25,834 bases of DNA, taken from Amoebidium appalachense. Taxonomy: Eukaryota > Protista > Ichthyosporea. The stretch spans positions 1 through 25,834 of the forward strand of contig CAVNZM010000055.1 in assembly GCA_963693365.1 (NCBI GenBank). Direction: 5' to 3'. A program made the translations under genes and the position numbers. The notes under the pieces are model-generated. The model was not told the origin of the DNA. It saw only the letters and a program-made list of their open reading frames with translations, and did not search any database. This document shows, piece after piece, positions 1 to 23,377 of this stretch (positions within the stretch are counted from its first letter, which is position 1; each line of letters starts with the position of its first letter).

Positions 1-188
1 AAAAACCATCATGTTTCTAAGGAAACCCACGCGCACATGTTTTCTTGTGTTCTCCATGAACGGCATGATTGGTTGGCTCTGCAACCACAAAAATGACTCG
101 ATTCACAGTGTTGTGGCCGGTCGATGTCTTCTGCGCTGAGTTCCTAAAGTATTTTTTTTTTCTTTTCTTTTTTTTTTTTTTTTTACAG

Positions 189-12707
<12,519 letters not shown>

Positions 12708-12999
12708 TGCTAAATTGCTAAATATAGCATCATGATTATTAAAGCAGCCTCTCCATGAGCTGCTAGTGCTACGGCAATTATTGGAACATAGTAGAATTAT
12801 ATCATTCAATGTTATGTCGAGATCATTGTTTATGTTGCTTTAAGAGTTCTGCAGTGCTTTTATAAATGCCGACAGTGTCCTTAAGGGTCCCTAACCCACA
12901 CGTTGAGACCCACGGTGCTGGGTACTGGTATGCCGTTGTGTGCTGTTGTTTCCACCAACATGATATATAATGTAGTATTTTAGTATTATAGAATAATGT

Positions 13000-13005
13000 A
13001 ATAAA
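13000..13005 (+). terminator. Candidate polyadenylation signal AATAAA
   Basis: AATAAA about 290 nt after the stop codon, in AT-rich sequence. Confidence 0.35.
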
Positions 13006-13047
13006 AAGGATGATGTAGAGAATGTGTAGCCTAAAACGAGTACGAGA

Positions 13048-13110
13048 TCCCTCCCTCTTTCCTCTCGGCCCCGCCCCCTTCCCCCCTCTTACTCACACAC
13101 ACTCTCTCAA

Positions 13111-13147
<37 letters not shown>

Positions 13148-13274
13148 ATCCCTCTATCCCTCTATCCCTCTCTCCCTCCCTCTCTCTCTCTCTCTGTGGG
13201 TGTGTGTGTGTGGGTGTGTTAAAGAGGCCGTCCGCGGAGAAAGCGATATAGCTTGAAGTCTTAGCTATCACCCG

Positions 13275-13312
<38 letters not shown>

Positions 13313-13733
13313 ATACACGGTGTGGTTGTGTGTGTGTGTGTTGGGGGGAGGGGGGGGGGGGGGGGGGGTATACACGGTGTGTGTGTACGTGTGTGTGTGT
13401 GTTGGGGGGAGGGGGGGGGGGGGGGGGTGGTATACACGGTGTGCTTGTGTGTGTGTACATGTACATGTGTGTGTGGGCGGGCGGGGGGGGGAGGGGGGGA
13501 GGGGGGGGCTTTCCACGGTGCTTGTACATGTTCATGCATATTATTATTGCTTTTTCCCAGTGCATGTGTGCGTGTACATTATCATGCCCCGCAAGTTTCA
13601 GAATCCATATTTAAAGGGGGAAAGAAAAAAGGGGGGAAAAGAGGGGTTAAAGAAACAGAAAACAGTCAGAATTACTAGAAAGAAAGAAAAACACGAGTGG
13701 TTAACGCCAGTGCATGCGCACGTGTTCAACTAG
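13048..13733 (+). mobile_element. Possible non-autonomous Helitron-like element
   Basis: 3' end GTGCATGCGCAC hairpin, short spacer, then CTAG|T at 13730-13734. Candidate A|TC 5' end at 13048 (alternative 13149). Interior of (CT)n, (GT)n and GnTATACACGGTGTG repeats. The 5' boundary is a guess. Confidence 0.35.
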
Positions 13734-13906
13734 TGGCTAATAAACAACACTCTGTTGATTGAAAATGGGTCCCCCAGGCCCCGTAAGGACTTGCAATTGG
13801 CGAACTAAGACCTTTAAGTCCGCCTCATAACTGCTATATATGGTAACTGTTTGTTATCCGCTAGTAACTGTATACTACATATAGTTTGCCAGAGTGAAGA
13901 CACGTG

Positions 13907-14107
13907 TGTTTTATCGTCACTATGTGCTGCGTATGTATTTGAGAATGATGAAGGGGGGTTGATGGACGGCTTCACGCTAGCCCCAACCCGCACACTACTG
14001 AGCTCTAGTGTGTCTACTTACATCGGCAGTGATGCCAGCTAAGTGTTGTAGTTGATGGCACAAGAGCCCCCCTACTTTATATACCCTGGCTGCTACCCAC
14101 TACGTTG
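13907..14107 (-). repeat. 3' LTR remnant (upstream part deleted)
   Basis: Ends ...ACA on the minus strand at 13907; minus-strand TATATAAA near 14076-14083. About 14 substitutions and 2 indels versus the other copy by manual alignment. Confidence 0.88.
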
Positions 14108-14519
14108 ACAAATCTGTCTTGGCTAACACCGTACATCTACCCATTTTATCTATTAATTCCTGGATGTTGGGCATCGGCCACTGTTTCTTCACGGTCACCT
14201 GAATTAATTTTCGTAGGTCTGATATAAATTGCCAATCACCATTGGATTTCTTTATCCGAAAAATTGGGTGACACCATGCTGACAGTGTTGGTTCTATTTG
14301 TCCTTTCCTGACCATTTTCTCTGCGATTTTCTTTGCCGCCTCCTCTTTGATTTGTTCTAAACGCCATTGTTTTATATACACCGGTGGACTGTCTCCAGTG
14401 TCGATCTCTATCTCAAAGCCTTTTATCTGACTAAACTCATCTGGGTCACCTGAAACGAAGCAGGTAGCATGTTTCTCAAGTAAGTCTTCTACCTTAACGT
14501 GCATTCTAGGGGGAACCAA
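14108..14519 (-). pseudogene. pol: Reverse transcriptase N-terminal fragment (Ty3/gypsy), truncated before YxDD
   Basis: IEIDTGDSPPVYIKQWRL...KMVRKGQIEPTLSAWCHPIFRIKKSNGDWQFISDLRKL...WPMPNIQELIDKMG...KTDL. Confidence 0.93.
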
Positions 14520-14649
14520 TGACCAATCGAAACATGCCGGAATCGAAGCGCTGGGGGTTGGTGTCTGCTTTTGTGTATCACCTATACCCTTTGGAATTTC
14601 ATGCTAATCGCCAATGCTCTCCCCCGAGCTACCTACAGCATGGACTCCT

Positions 14650-15213
14650 TCACCACCACTGAGGCACGACAGATTCAGTGGTACTTGTATTAACATTCTG
14701 GTAAGTGCGCTCCCACACACCTTGAATGCAAGACAGTGATTGGCGAGCTCTCTCTCTTGCACCCCTGTATGTGTTCCTAAAAAATGCCTTAGCGCGTGCT
14801 ATCCTATCAGGATTTTCAGTGGTCAGCGCGTTTGCTTCATCTATCTTCTGTTTGCTTAATTTGTCCAAGTGATCTTTATCGACCTCGACAGAATAAATAG
14901 TTTCGTATTTAGATGTTATAGGCTGGAACCATCCGATCACACGAGGAAAAGTGACATCCACATCATGGTGGTTATTAACAATAATCTGCATGGCGTTATT
15001 CTTTTCGATCTCATAAACAAGAGGCATCAATACATAAGAAAAATGTATGGTGGGGGACTTATCTGGATTCTCCGCTGGCCAGAAGTAACCGATAGTGCTG
15101 GGCGCTGGAGGATTTTTGATATACGCCCATTGTCTCCGACCAGAATGCGCAGGAATCACCTTTTGCTCTGCTGACACCGTCACAGCACACAATGAATAAG
15201 GAGAAGGACCCAT
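14650..15213 (-). pseudogene. pol: pol spacer between protease and RT
   Basis: 187-aa ORF lying between PR and RT; VIPAHS...IIVNNHHDVDVTF...IG resembles the beta-rich spacer found at this position in many gypsy pols. Confidence 0.6.
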
Positions 15214-15271
15214 CAGATTCTGTGCTGGAATATCCTCTCCCCCAACCGTGGTTAGTGAGTGTTTTTAATGG

Positions 15272-16130
15272 TTAGTGGTTTTTATATACTGTTTTGCAAA
15301 GTCTTTCTTCAAGTATTGCATCGTGCTGAACATTTTCTAATACTAAAAATGGCCAGTAATACATTGTATTTCCAAGGAACAAAGGGATAACACACTTGCC
15401 AAGCACATTCAGTGAATCATTTTGTTTAACAGAGCCCAGAAGTGCAGTGGTAAGATCTCTGCGTGTCAAGCTCAAAGTCGCAGGATCGATCCTGGATACT
15501 TCAGATTTTTGTTCTGCCTCGACGGTCCACCGGTCTGGCCGCCCCCTAGAAGCCAATGACGTCATGAACAGCACCGGCCTTCTGACGTCGACGGCGCGCC
15601 GCTTGGGCATTCCGGCCCAACGTTCAAGTGGGAGACCAATCCGAGTCACCGGCCACGGTTCGGGTCAGCGTCCTGGGCATGGGGTCTTCCCTTTCAAGTC
15701 TTTATGTTTGTGTATGTGTCCTGGGTCGCTTCCGGCTGGTGTTGTTAAAGTGAGCTGTGCTCACTTCCCCACTAGCGTTGCTGCGGCTAGAACCGTGGGA
15801 TAAGGCGTAACTAAAAATAGTGCCAGTTGGGGTCAATCAGAATCCTGACTTATGAGTGTGCTGTACAGTACGATCTGTGTCTAGGCGGAAGACGGTAAGC
15901 TCCCCGGAGGCAGTGCCTCGCCGGGAGTGAAACGGGATAAAAAAAAAGAAAATAATCATAATTAAAAAACCCTAAACCCTAAACAGAGCCCACACGTGTG
16001 TTTGTTTGTCTTAGTGTTAACACGTCTTTGTGCTATAGGTTATATACTGCTGCGCTTATTAACAATGAGAAGCACCACTGTCACATAGTGTTTTGTAATG
16101 CATGCTATCAATGTGAACATCAACATACAT
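15272..16130 (-). pseudogene. pol: Retropepsin (aspartic protease) pseudogene, split by an insertion
   Basis: MYVDVHIDSMHYKTLCDSGASHC (DSGAS 16068-16082), then a frameshift, then TNTRVGSV|KQNDSLNVLGKCVIPLFLGNTMYYWPFLVLENVQHDAIL once 15439-15992 is removed. Confidence 0.88.
15439..15981 (+). mobile_element. tRNA-derived SINE-like retroposon, 543 bp, with 11-bp TSD
   Basis: TSD AACAGAGCCCA at 15428-15438 and 15982-15992. Head 15439-15503 has an A-box-like GTGCAGTGG, a B-box-like GGATCGATCC and GAAGT/ACTTC acceptor-stem pairing. 3' hairpin at 15900-15927. A-rich tail ending in (AAACCCT)2. Confidence 0.82.
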
Positions 16131-16316
16131 GTGTGGGTCGATGTCATGCGATACAATGGGGGAAACATCAATGCAATGCACTTTGCGTGGTGTATGATAC
16201 ATGCAGTCGTAAGGGAGAGTAGAGTCGGGAGATTGAACATAGGAATGCTTTCTTTTATTGTCAACCTGCCCATCGACACTAGCGGGAACTGCCCTACTAT
16301 CAGCTCCCGTGCATTC

Positions 16317-17299
16317 CTATTTTGCCTGGCTACCACAACCAGCACCTGCTACCCCATCATTGAATCCTTTTCTGCTAGGGCAAGCATAAGCCTTATGTTC
16401 TACAGAACCACACACCCAACAACCTGTGTACTTTTTCTTAATCTGTTAGTCTTGCGGCTTTGTAATCCTACCATTTTCTCTAGTGCCATGCAGTCCTCCA
16501 CGACCACCAAGACTTCCACGTCCCACCCGCCCCCGCCCGCGCCCACGCCCACGCCCACCAAACCCACCACACCCACCGCAACCAAAACTAGCAACATCAC
16601 CTGGATCTATAGCATTGGAAGAGGGAGCCTGGGCCGGAGCTGGTGTCTGTGCAGGTTTTGAACCACGGGCGAGTGGAACATAGTGACGGGCGTTAGCAGT
16701 GACGTCCATTTCATAACGAGCAATGCTAGTGTCTATAACCTTAGCTAACGTTTCACCCTGAGCAGCTGCACGAACGTGTGGATAGTTATGGAGAGCTATC
16801 TGCCATTGATAAATCTTAGTCGACTCGTTTTGATCTCCACAGAACGAAAGAGTTTTCAGGAATTTGGTTTTCCATGTACGAAGGTTACGTTGATGATTGT
16901 ATACGCTAGGGTTGTAATAATATGTGCATAGCATGCATATGCATGGGAAATACGCAAGGGTGTTATGAAAAGTTGACGGTATGCTGTAAGGAATTCGTTT
17001 AAATATGTATATAAAGACAAATCCATCTGCTCCAGCGGTTCATATGCTTCGTCGATGATCAAGATTCACAGTGCCCGAAATTTAGCAGGTGCAGTAGCGT
17101 ATGCAACAGAAGGAGGATGGTTATTATTAGCCTTGTGGTTACCATTATTGTTATGGTCGTCTCCATCTTCATTTCCGTCGCCGCCAGCGCCACACATGCC
17201 ATCGATGCCACCTTTGAGTGGGCCTGGTAGATCGTTTTGATTGGTCGAGTCCGCATTGCTCCGCATCATCATTGGAATGTGCACGTGAGTCATTGTCAT
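16317..17299 (-). pseudogene. gag: gag pseudogene with RG-rich region and CCHC zinc knuckle
   Basis: ORF pieces 17066-17299, 16856-17062 and 16446-16934. Reading past TAA 16446-16448 gives CWVCGSVEHKAYAC (CX2CX4HX4C, 16380-16421). True start uncertain. Confidence 0.85.
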
Positions 17300-17795
17300 A
17301 GTACTCCTGTGGGGTCAAAGTAGCTGTTTTCGTCGTCACTAGAATTGGCGTGTTTTCTTGCAGGTATAACACGTTTGAGAGGCCAAACAGGCGGAGTGTA
17401 AATGTGGTTATGTGTATTGCAAATAATGTTTTTAACAACGCGGGATGTATAGTAATGTAGCATGTAGTGTCCGACTGGTTTAGTGTGGAATGTGTTCGCG
17501 CATACCAAAGGATGCGTTGCGGCCATGATGACGGCGGTAAGGAGAAGCGAGTGGGCCAGCAGCGAAGCAGCTTCAGACGTAGCAATTTGGACAATAATGC
17601 TTCCGTAAATCCATGTCGAGGTCAGTAATAAAAGTGTGATGTAGGCAATGAAAAAAATAATGAATTCAAAGCTGGCTGCGTGTATGGTTAGATGCAGCAG
17701 CACGTTGCGCACTTTGGGACCTGCCAAAGCCATTCCTGTGTTGGAGTAGAATGGTATGCACCTCCACCAGTGTTGAATCGTCACTGGAATGGTAT

Positions 17796-17807
17796 GCACC
17801 TCCACCA
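17796..17807 (-). promoter_or_regulatory. Primer binding site, tRNA-Ala type (second copy at 17758-17769)
   Basis: TGGTGGAGGTGC is complementary to ...GCACCTCCACCA, a 3' end seen in eukaryotic tRNA-Ala; it lies right after the LTR end. Confidence 0.8.
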
Positions 17808-17808
17808 T

Positions 17809-18023
17809 TGTTGTATCGTCACTATGTGCTGTCACGGTAGCTGCGTACGTATTTGATAATGATAAGGGGGGGTTGATGGACGGTTTTAAGCTAGCCCCAA
17901 CCCGCACACTACTGAGCTCTAGTGTGTCTACTTACATCGGCAGTGTTGCCAGCTAAGTGTTGTTGTTGACGGCACAAGAGCCCCCCTACCATATATACCC
18001 TGGCTGCTGTAACCACTACGTTG
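17809..18023 (-). repeat. 5' LTR (portion shared with the 3' copy)
   Basis: Ends ...ACAACA on the minus strand, 1 nt before the PBS; TATA-like element near 17991-17997. Confidence 0.88.
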
Positions 18024-19058
18024 GTACCCAGCCAATCAGCTCAGCTCACTTAGTCTAGTCTACCAATAGACAATAGAGGTTCAACTATCCAATCCAAATA
18101 CAGATCTCTCATCTATCCCCATAGAATCGATCCTCCCCTTTTCTCACCCCCCGTACCCGCATATAATCCGCACCATGTTGCGAAATCTGGGGGTAATCGG
18201 CAGGTAAACTGGGCAGCACTTTTCGATCCGCAGGTTATCGGCGGTAGGGTAAAAACTAGACCAGCGCACGCGACACATTGGCAGCCACCTGCGATTATCG
18301 TGCGATAAAAGGCGGCCTCGTGCGCTACATACGCGACAGGCTTATGGCCCCATTATGTTCGGAATCGGACGATGGAATGTTGTACCGAAATTAGCCGACC
18401 AATCGAAAATGGATATTGTACAAACCGGGGGTTATGCCGAGGGCTGCCCTTGCCGACGAATGTGGCTGGTGTGCGTAATATTTTCTTTTGACTGGATTTA
18501 TTCGACGTACTGAGAAGACAATAATTTATTATTCTGATAATGGAAAAATTTGTAAAGTTTACAATTTCGATGTAGGGTTACGCAATCAAACGGTTGCCGA
18601 AAGAGCCACTGAGAGGCCTCGGGTGACCCCCTTCCACCCCTGCCAGTAGTCACGCTTTGAAGACAAAAGCCAAGCGTAATGCAGCGTGGATGCACACTAA
18701 GCAAGCAAATTGATAGTCCAGGAGTGTGTTACTCATATGAAGTCAGTCTCAGATACATGTCCTTTGACTGTTTCTCCTTATCCTTTAATTCCTTCTTGGT
18801 GTGTCACCAGGCTCCAGTCACACAGTGTCTGGCAACCGAAAGCATGCCCTTTGTTCACATTGTGTACAGATTAACAAGCGAAATATATATACATTTGGGG
18901 GGGCAGGGTGGAAGTGAATAAAACAATTGAATGCACCGAAAACGTGTCCAAACCATTAATCAAAGCTGTGGATTAATACTCAAAGCCTGACGGGATAGGG
19001 GCTAAAAGATAGTGATTCGAGTTGATACTGTAACAAAATATTGGTCACTCCAATATGA

Positions 19059-19269
19059 AAATCCCTCCACGGAAGGTATAATTACACATGTACAATAAAT
19101 GAACACGTTATCAGAGTTAATACCCTCCAAGAAGGTATTGGATTATTACGTCGGACTACAATTGGTCATAACATTCTCAATCTAATACCTGCTGCAGAGG
19201 GTATTAGCTTTTGATCTCGTACTAGAATATCAAGCAAAGTGGAATTCAATACCTTCCACGGAGGGCATA
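19059..19269. repeat. Array of four 21-22-bp imperfect palindromes with 38-44-bp spacers
   Basis: 19059 AAATCCCTCCACGGAAGGTATA; 19119 AATACCCTCCAAGAAGGTATT; 19184 AATACCTGCTGCAGAGGGTATT; 19248 AATACCTTCCACGGAGGGCATA. Confidence 0.75.
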
Positions 19270-19342
19270 AGCCTTAAACGACGCATCTAAATGATGAGCA
19301 ATCTTTATCTTTGAGCATACGGTAATGATATCAGGTATACAT

Positions 19343-19375
<33 letters not shown>

Positions 19376-19422
19376 CACACGTGTGCGCATAATAATAATT
19401 CAATTTCATTCATATATATGAT

Positions 19423-19473
<51 letters not shown>

Positions 19474-19519
19474 TGCGCAGAATAATAATTCACTTTCATT
19501 CATATATATGATGCACACG

Positions 19520-19551
<32 letters not shown>

Positions 19552-19739
19552 CACACGTACACGCACACGCACACACCATACACACACCATGCACACACAC
19601 ACACACACAATGTACTGCAATTCTTCTGCATTCGTGCAATGTTGCTCTGAAACAGAAATCATACATACATACCGATGGCCATGCATTAATGCAGCAATTA
19701 CGTAACTACAAAATATAAAATCAACTATAGTCCACCAAA

Positions 19740-20016
19740 AGAGGAACCTACTGTGAAACTCTTGCTTTCTATTAGGAATGTGATTGAATTTCGGAATAAC
19801 TCGTGCTGGTGGCGGTGGCCGTGCCGTATTTTTACGGGCAGGTTTAAGCTGCAGGCTGACATTGTCGTGATATGAATAACCGAATCCCGGAATAACGCGC
19901 GCTGGTGGCGCTGGCCGTGCCACTTTCTTACGTGCAGGTAGAAGCGGATTGTCATCGTCGTCAGATGATGCAGATCTCTTTCTGGCAGACCCAGCTCCCG
20001 TGGGGGGGAACCCGGG

Positions 20017-20063
<47 letters not shown>

Positions 20064-20210
20064 GGTTGGTGGCGTTGGAGAAAAAAAAGGGCGCTTCTTT
20101 CTTAGCGTTGGAAGGAAGGGGTTGGGGAGGAGGGGGGCAATGATAAACTCAGTACATGATGTATTTGGTGTGTGTTCACTTGCACACACATTGTGTTTTT
20201 CTTTTTTCCG

Positions 20211-20242
<32 letters not shown>

Positions 20243-20841
20243 CCCTTCCCAATATGTTTCTCTGATGGATTGAACGGGGAGGGGTCACCGTGGGAGAGAG
20301 GAGGGGAGGTGAGTCACCATTATTGACGTGACCATCTTTGAACTGCCCATCTTTCTTCTCCTCCTCCTCCTCCTCCTCCTCCTCCTCCTCCTCCTCCTCT
20401 TCCATTTCCTCCTCTCCTTCTACTTCCTCCTCCTCCTCCACCTCCTCCTCCTCCATTTCCTCCTCTCCTTCTACCCTCCTCCTCCTCCTCCTCCTCCTCC
20501 TCCTCCTCTTCCCCCTCCTCCTCTTCCCCCTCCGCCTCCTCCTCCTCCTCCGGTTCCTCCTCCTCATCCTCCACTTCCTTCACCTCTTCCACCTCCTCGT
20601 CCGACGACATGCCTGCATTGACAAAGTACCAAAAATCAGCATTTCCAGTGACAATCCTGTAAAAATACGTACTAATGATTGCTTGTGGGGCATGTGTGTA
20701 ACCGTGACCCTTTGAGGCAAAACCCCAGATTGGAGGAATGAGAATTTCTTATTGAACGGAAGAGTAGACCCTTGCATAAGTGTATGAATTTAGCCTAAGT
20801 ATGCGGCAGCCTTTAAGTTTCTTTTGGTGTCACGGTGTGTT

Positions 20842-20906
<65 letters not shown>

Positions 20907-21883
20907 GGCGCGTATGTGTGTGTGTATCTGTGACTGTGAAAGGAGAGGGGGGGGGGGGGGTGATAATGTTGGTGCTTATCTTTCGTTATAATAATTCAGT
21001 ATTACTATTATTGGGGGGGGGGGGGGGGGGGGGGGGGTCCCACCTTCCTCAGGCCGACCGTCTGGCAGCGCATCCTCCGGCTCCTCGTCAGTTGATGATT
21101 CTGCAGCAAGAAACGAAACCATATTAATAAGGAGTAAACGGGGGAAGGGGAGGGGGGGAGGGGGGGGGGGGGTGTGGTGGGGGGAGGGGGGCGAGGGAGA
21201 GGGGGGAGGTGAGGGGGAGGGACAAAATGATGTGCCGGTGCATGCTGTGCAGGTGTGTGAATGTGTGTGTGTATGTGACATGGTGAGTGCAGGTGGGGAA
21301 GGGGGATGGGGTATGGGGCGATGGGGGGGTGGGGGGATGGAAGGGGGGGGGGGGGGGGGGGGAGTAGCCAAATAAAGCAATTCGAAAAAAGTGCTTGAGC
21401 TGGAGAGGATTTACAAAAATTGAAACGGATATTTCAAATAAAGTGGTTGGATGTGGGGAGCCATAGCATTATTTTTTAAAATGAAATACATTCTCTGGGG
21501 GGGGGGGGGGGGGGGGGGGGGGGAGGGGGGGGGAAATATGGGGGGCGAGGGAGAGGGGGAGGGGGTGGGGAGGGGGGGGAGGTGAGTGGGATGGACAAAA
21601 TGATGTGCCGGTGCATGCCGTGTAGGTGTGTGAATGTGTGTGTATGTGACATGGTGTGTGCATGTGGGGGTGGGGGGGGGGGGGGGGGGGGAGTAGCCAA
21701 ACAAAGCAATTCGAACAAAGTATTTGTAATGAGGCAAAACGCCGGATTAAAGGAAAGAGAATTTCATATTGAATGGAAGAGTAGACCGGTGCATGAGTGT
21801 ATGAATTTAGTTTACGTATGCGGTAGCCTTTAAGTTTCTTTTGGTGTCAGGGTGTGGGTGTGTGTTAGTGTATGTGTGGGTGT

Positions 21884-21945
<62 letters not shown>

Positions 21946-22384
21946 ATCTGTGACTGTGAAAGTAGGGGGGGGGGGGGGGGGGTGATATTGTTGGTGCTTT
22001 TTTCTCTGTGGGGGGGGGGGGGGGGGGGGGGGGGGGGAAGATGGGGGGCGAGGGAACGGGGGGAGGGGGGGAGGGGGGAGGTGAGTGGAGGGACAAAATG
22101 ATGTGCCGGTGCATGCCGTGTAGGTGTGTGAATGTGTGTGTATGTGGCATGGTGTGTGCATGTGTGTGTGTGTGGGGGGGGGGGGGGGAGGGGGGGAGGG
22201 GGGAGTAGCCAAACAAAGCAATTCGAAAAAAGTATTTGAGGCAAAACGCCGGATTGGAGGAAAGAGAATTTCATATTGAACGGAAGAGTAGACCGGTGCA
22301 TGAGTGTATGAATTTAGTTTACGTATGCGGTAGCCTTTAAGTTTCTTTTGGTGTCAGGGTGTGGGTGTGTGTTAGTGTGTGTTA

Positions 22385-22458
<74 letters not shown>

Positions 22459-22551
22459 GCGTGTATCTGTGGCTGTGAAAGAGGGGGGGGGGGGGGGGGT
22501 TGATATTGTTGGTGCTTATCTTTCATTATTATTTTTCAAGTATTAGTATTA

Positions 22552-22585
<34 letters not shown>

Positions 22586-23346
22586 CTTCCTCAGGCCGAC
22601 CCTCTGGCAGCGCATCCTCCGGCTCCTCGTCAGATGATTCTGCAGATGATTCTGCAGCAAAAAACGAAACCTTATTAATAACTTGGAGTAAACGGGGGAA
22701 GGGGAGGAGGTGGGAGGGGGGAGGGGGGGTTGCGGGGGGGGGGGAAGGGGGGTGAGGGAGAGGGGAGATTAGGGGGGGAGGTGAGTGTAGGGACAAAATG
22801 ATGGGCCGGTGCATGCCGTGTAGGTGTGTGAATGTGTGTGTGTATGTGACGTGGTGTGTGCAGGTGGGGAAGGGGGGTTGGGTATGGGGCGATGGGGATA
22901 TTGGGGGATGAAGGGATGGAGGGGGGAGGGGGGGGGGGGGGTTGTGGGGATGGAGGGGGGGGGGGGGGAGTAGCCAAACAAAGCAATTCGAAAAAAGTGC
23001 TGTGCAGGTGTGTGAATGTGTGTGTGTATGTGACATGGTGTGTGCAGGTGGGGAAGGGGGATGGGGTATGGGGCGATGGGGGGACGGGGGAATGGGGGGA
23101 TGGGGGGAAGGAGGGGGTTGTGGGGATGGAGGGGGGTAGGGGGGGGGGGAGTAGCCAAACAAAGCAATTCGAAAAAAGTGCTTGAGCTGGGAAGGATTTA
23201 GATATGAAACAGGGTTATTTCAAATAAAGTGGTTGGATGTGGGGAGCCATAGCATTAATTTAGGCTATTTATTTTTTAAAAAAACCCCAGGGGGGGGGGG
23301 GGGGGGATATGGGGAGGGGGGGGGGGGGGGAAGAATAAGGGTGTTT

Positions 23347-23377
<31 letters not shown>

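Larger units (their letters stand above)
13907..18023 (-). mobile_element. Decayed, internally deleted Ty3/gypsy LTR retrotransposon (5' LTR probably extends beyond 18023)
   Basis: Direct repeats 13907-14107 and 17809-18023, PBS, then gag-CCHC, protease and RT in gypsy order. Multiple stops and frameshifts. No RNase H, integrase or PPT. TSD not located. Confidence 0.92.

Noticed and set aside
13616-13646. Polypurine tract
   Set aside because: Wrong strand and position for the gypsy element, and not followed by an LTR-like TG start.
15439-15503. Functional tRNA gene
   Set aside because: Shortened acceptor/D region, poorly paired anticodon stem and non-canonical T-loop; it sits at the 5' end of a TSD-flanked insert.
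15396-15803. 135-aa ORF (+) and the N-terminal part of ORF 15272-15649 (-)
   Set aside because: Both cross the SINE/TSD boundary; these are GC-rich chance frames. Only the part below 15439 on the minus strand is protease.
15845-15940. Hammerhead ribozyme near GAAAC
   Set aside because: No CUGANGA core in a compatible position, and stem II cannot be formed.
15966-15983. Chromosome end or interstitial telomere
   Set aside because: Only about 2 units, internal, and explained as the tail of the insert.
16098-16683. Plus-strand ORFs of 187 and 66 aa
   Set aside because: Antisense shadows of the gag and protease frames.
17296-17907. 203-aa ORF with a hydrophobic stretch (env-like?)
   Set aside because: Starts at a GTG inside the LTR, runs through the PBS, lies upstream of gag and has no recognisable motif.
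18024-18960. Outer boundary and TSD of the 5' LTR
   Set aside because: No CA end followed by a copy of the 13902-13906 flank was found; left unassigned.
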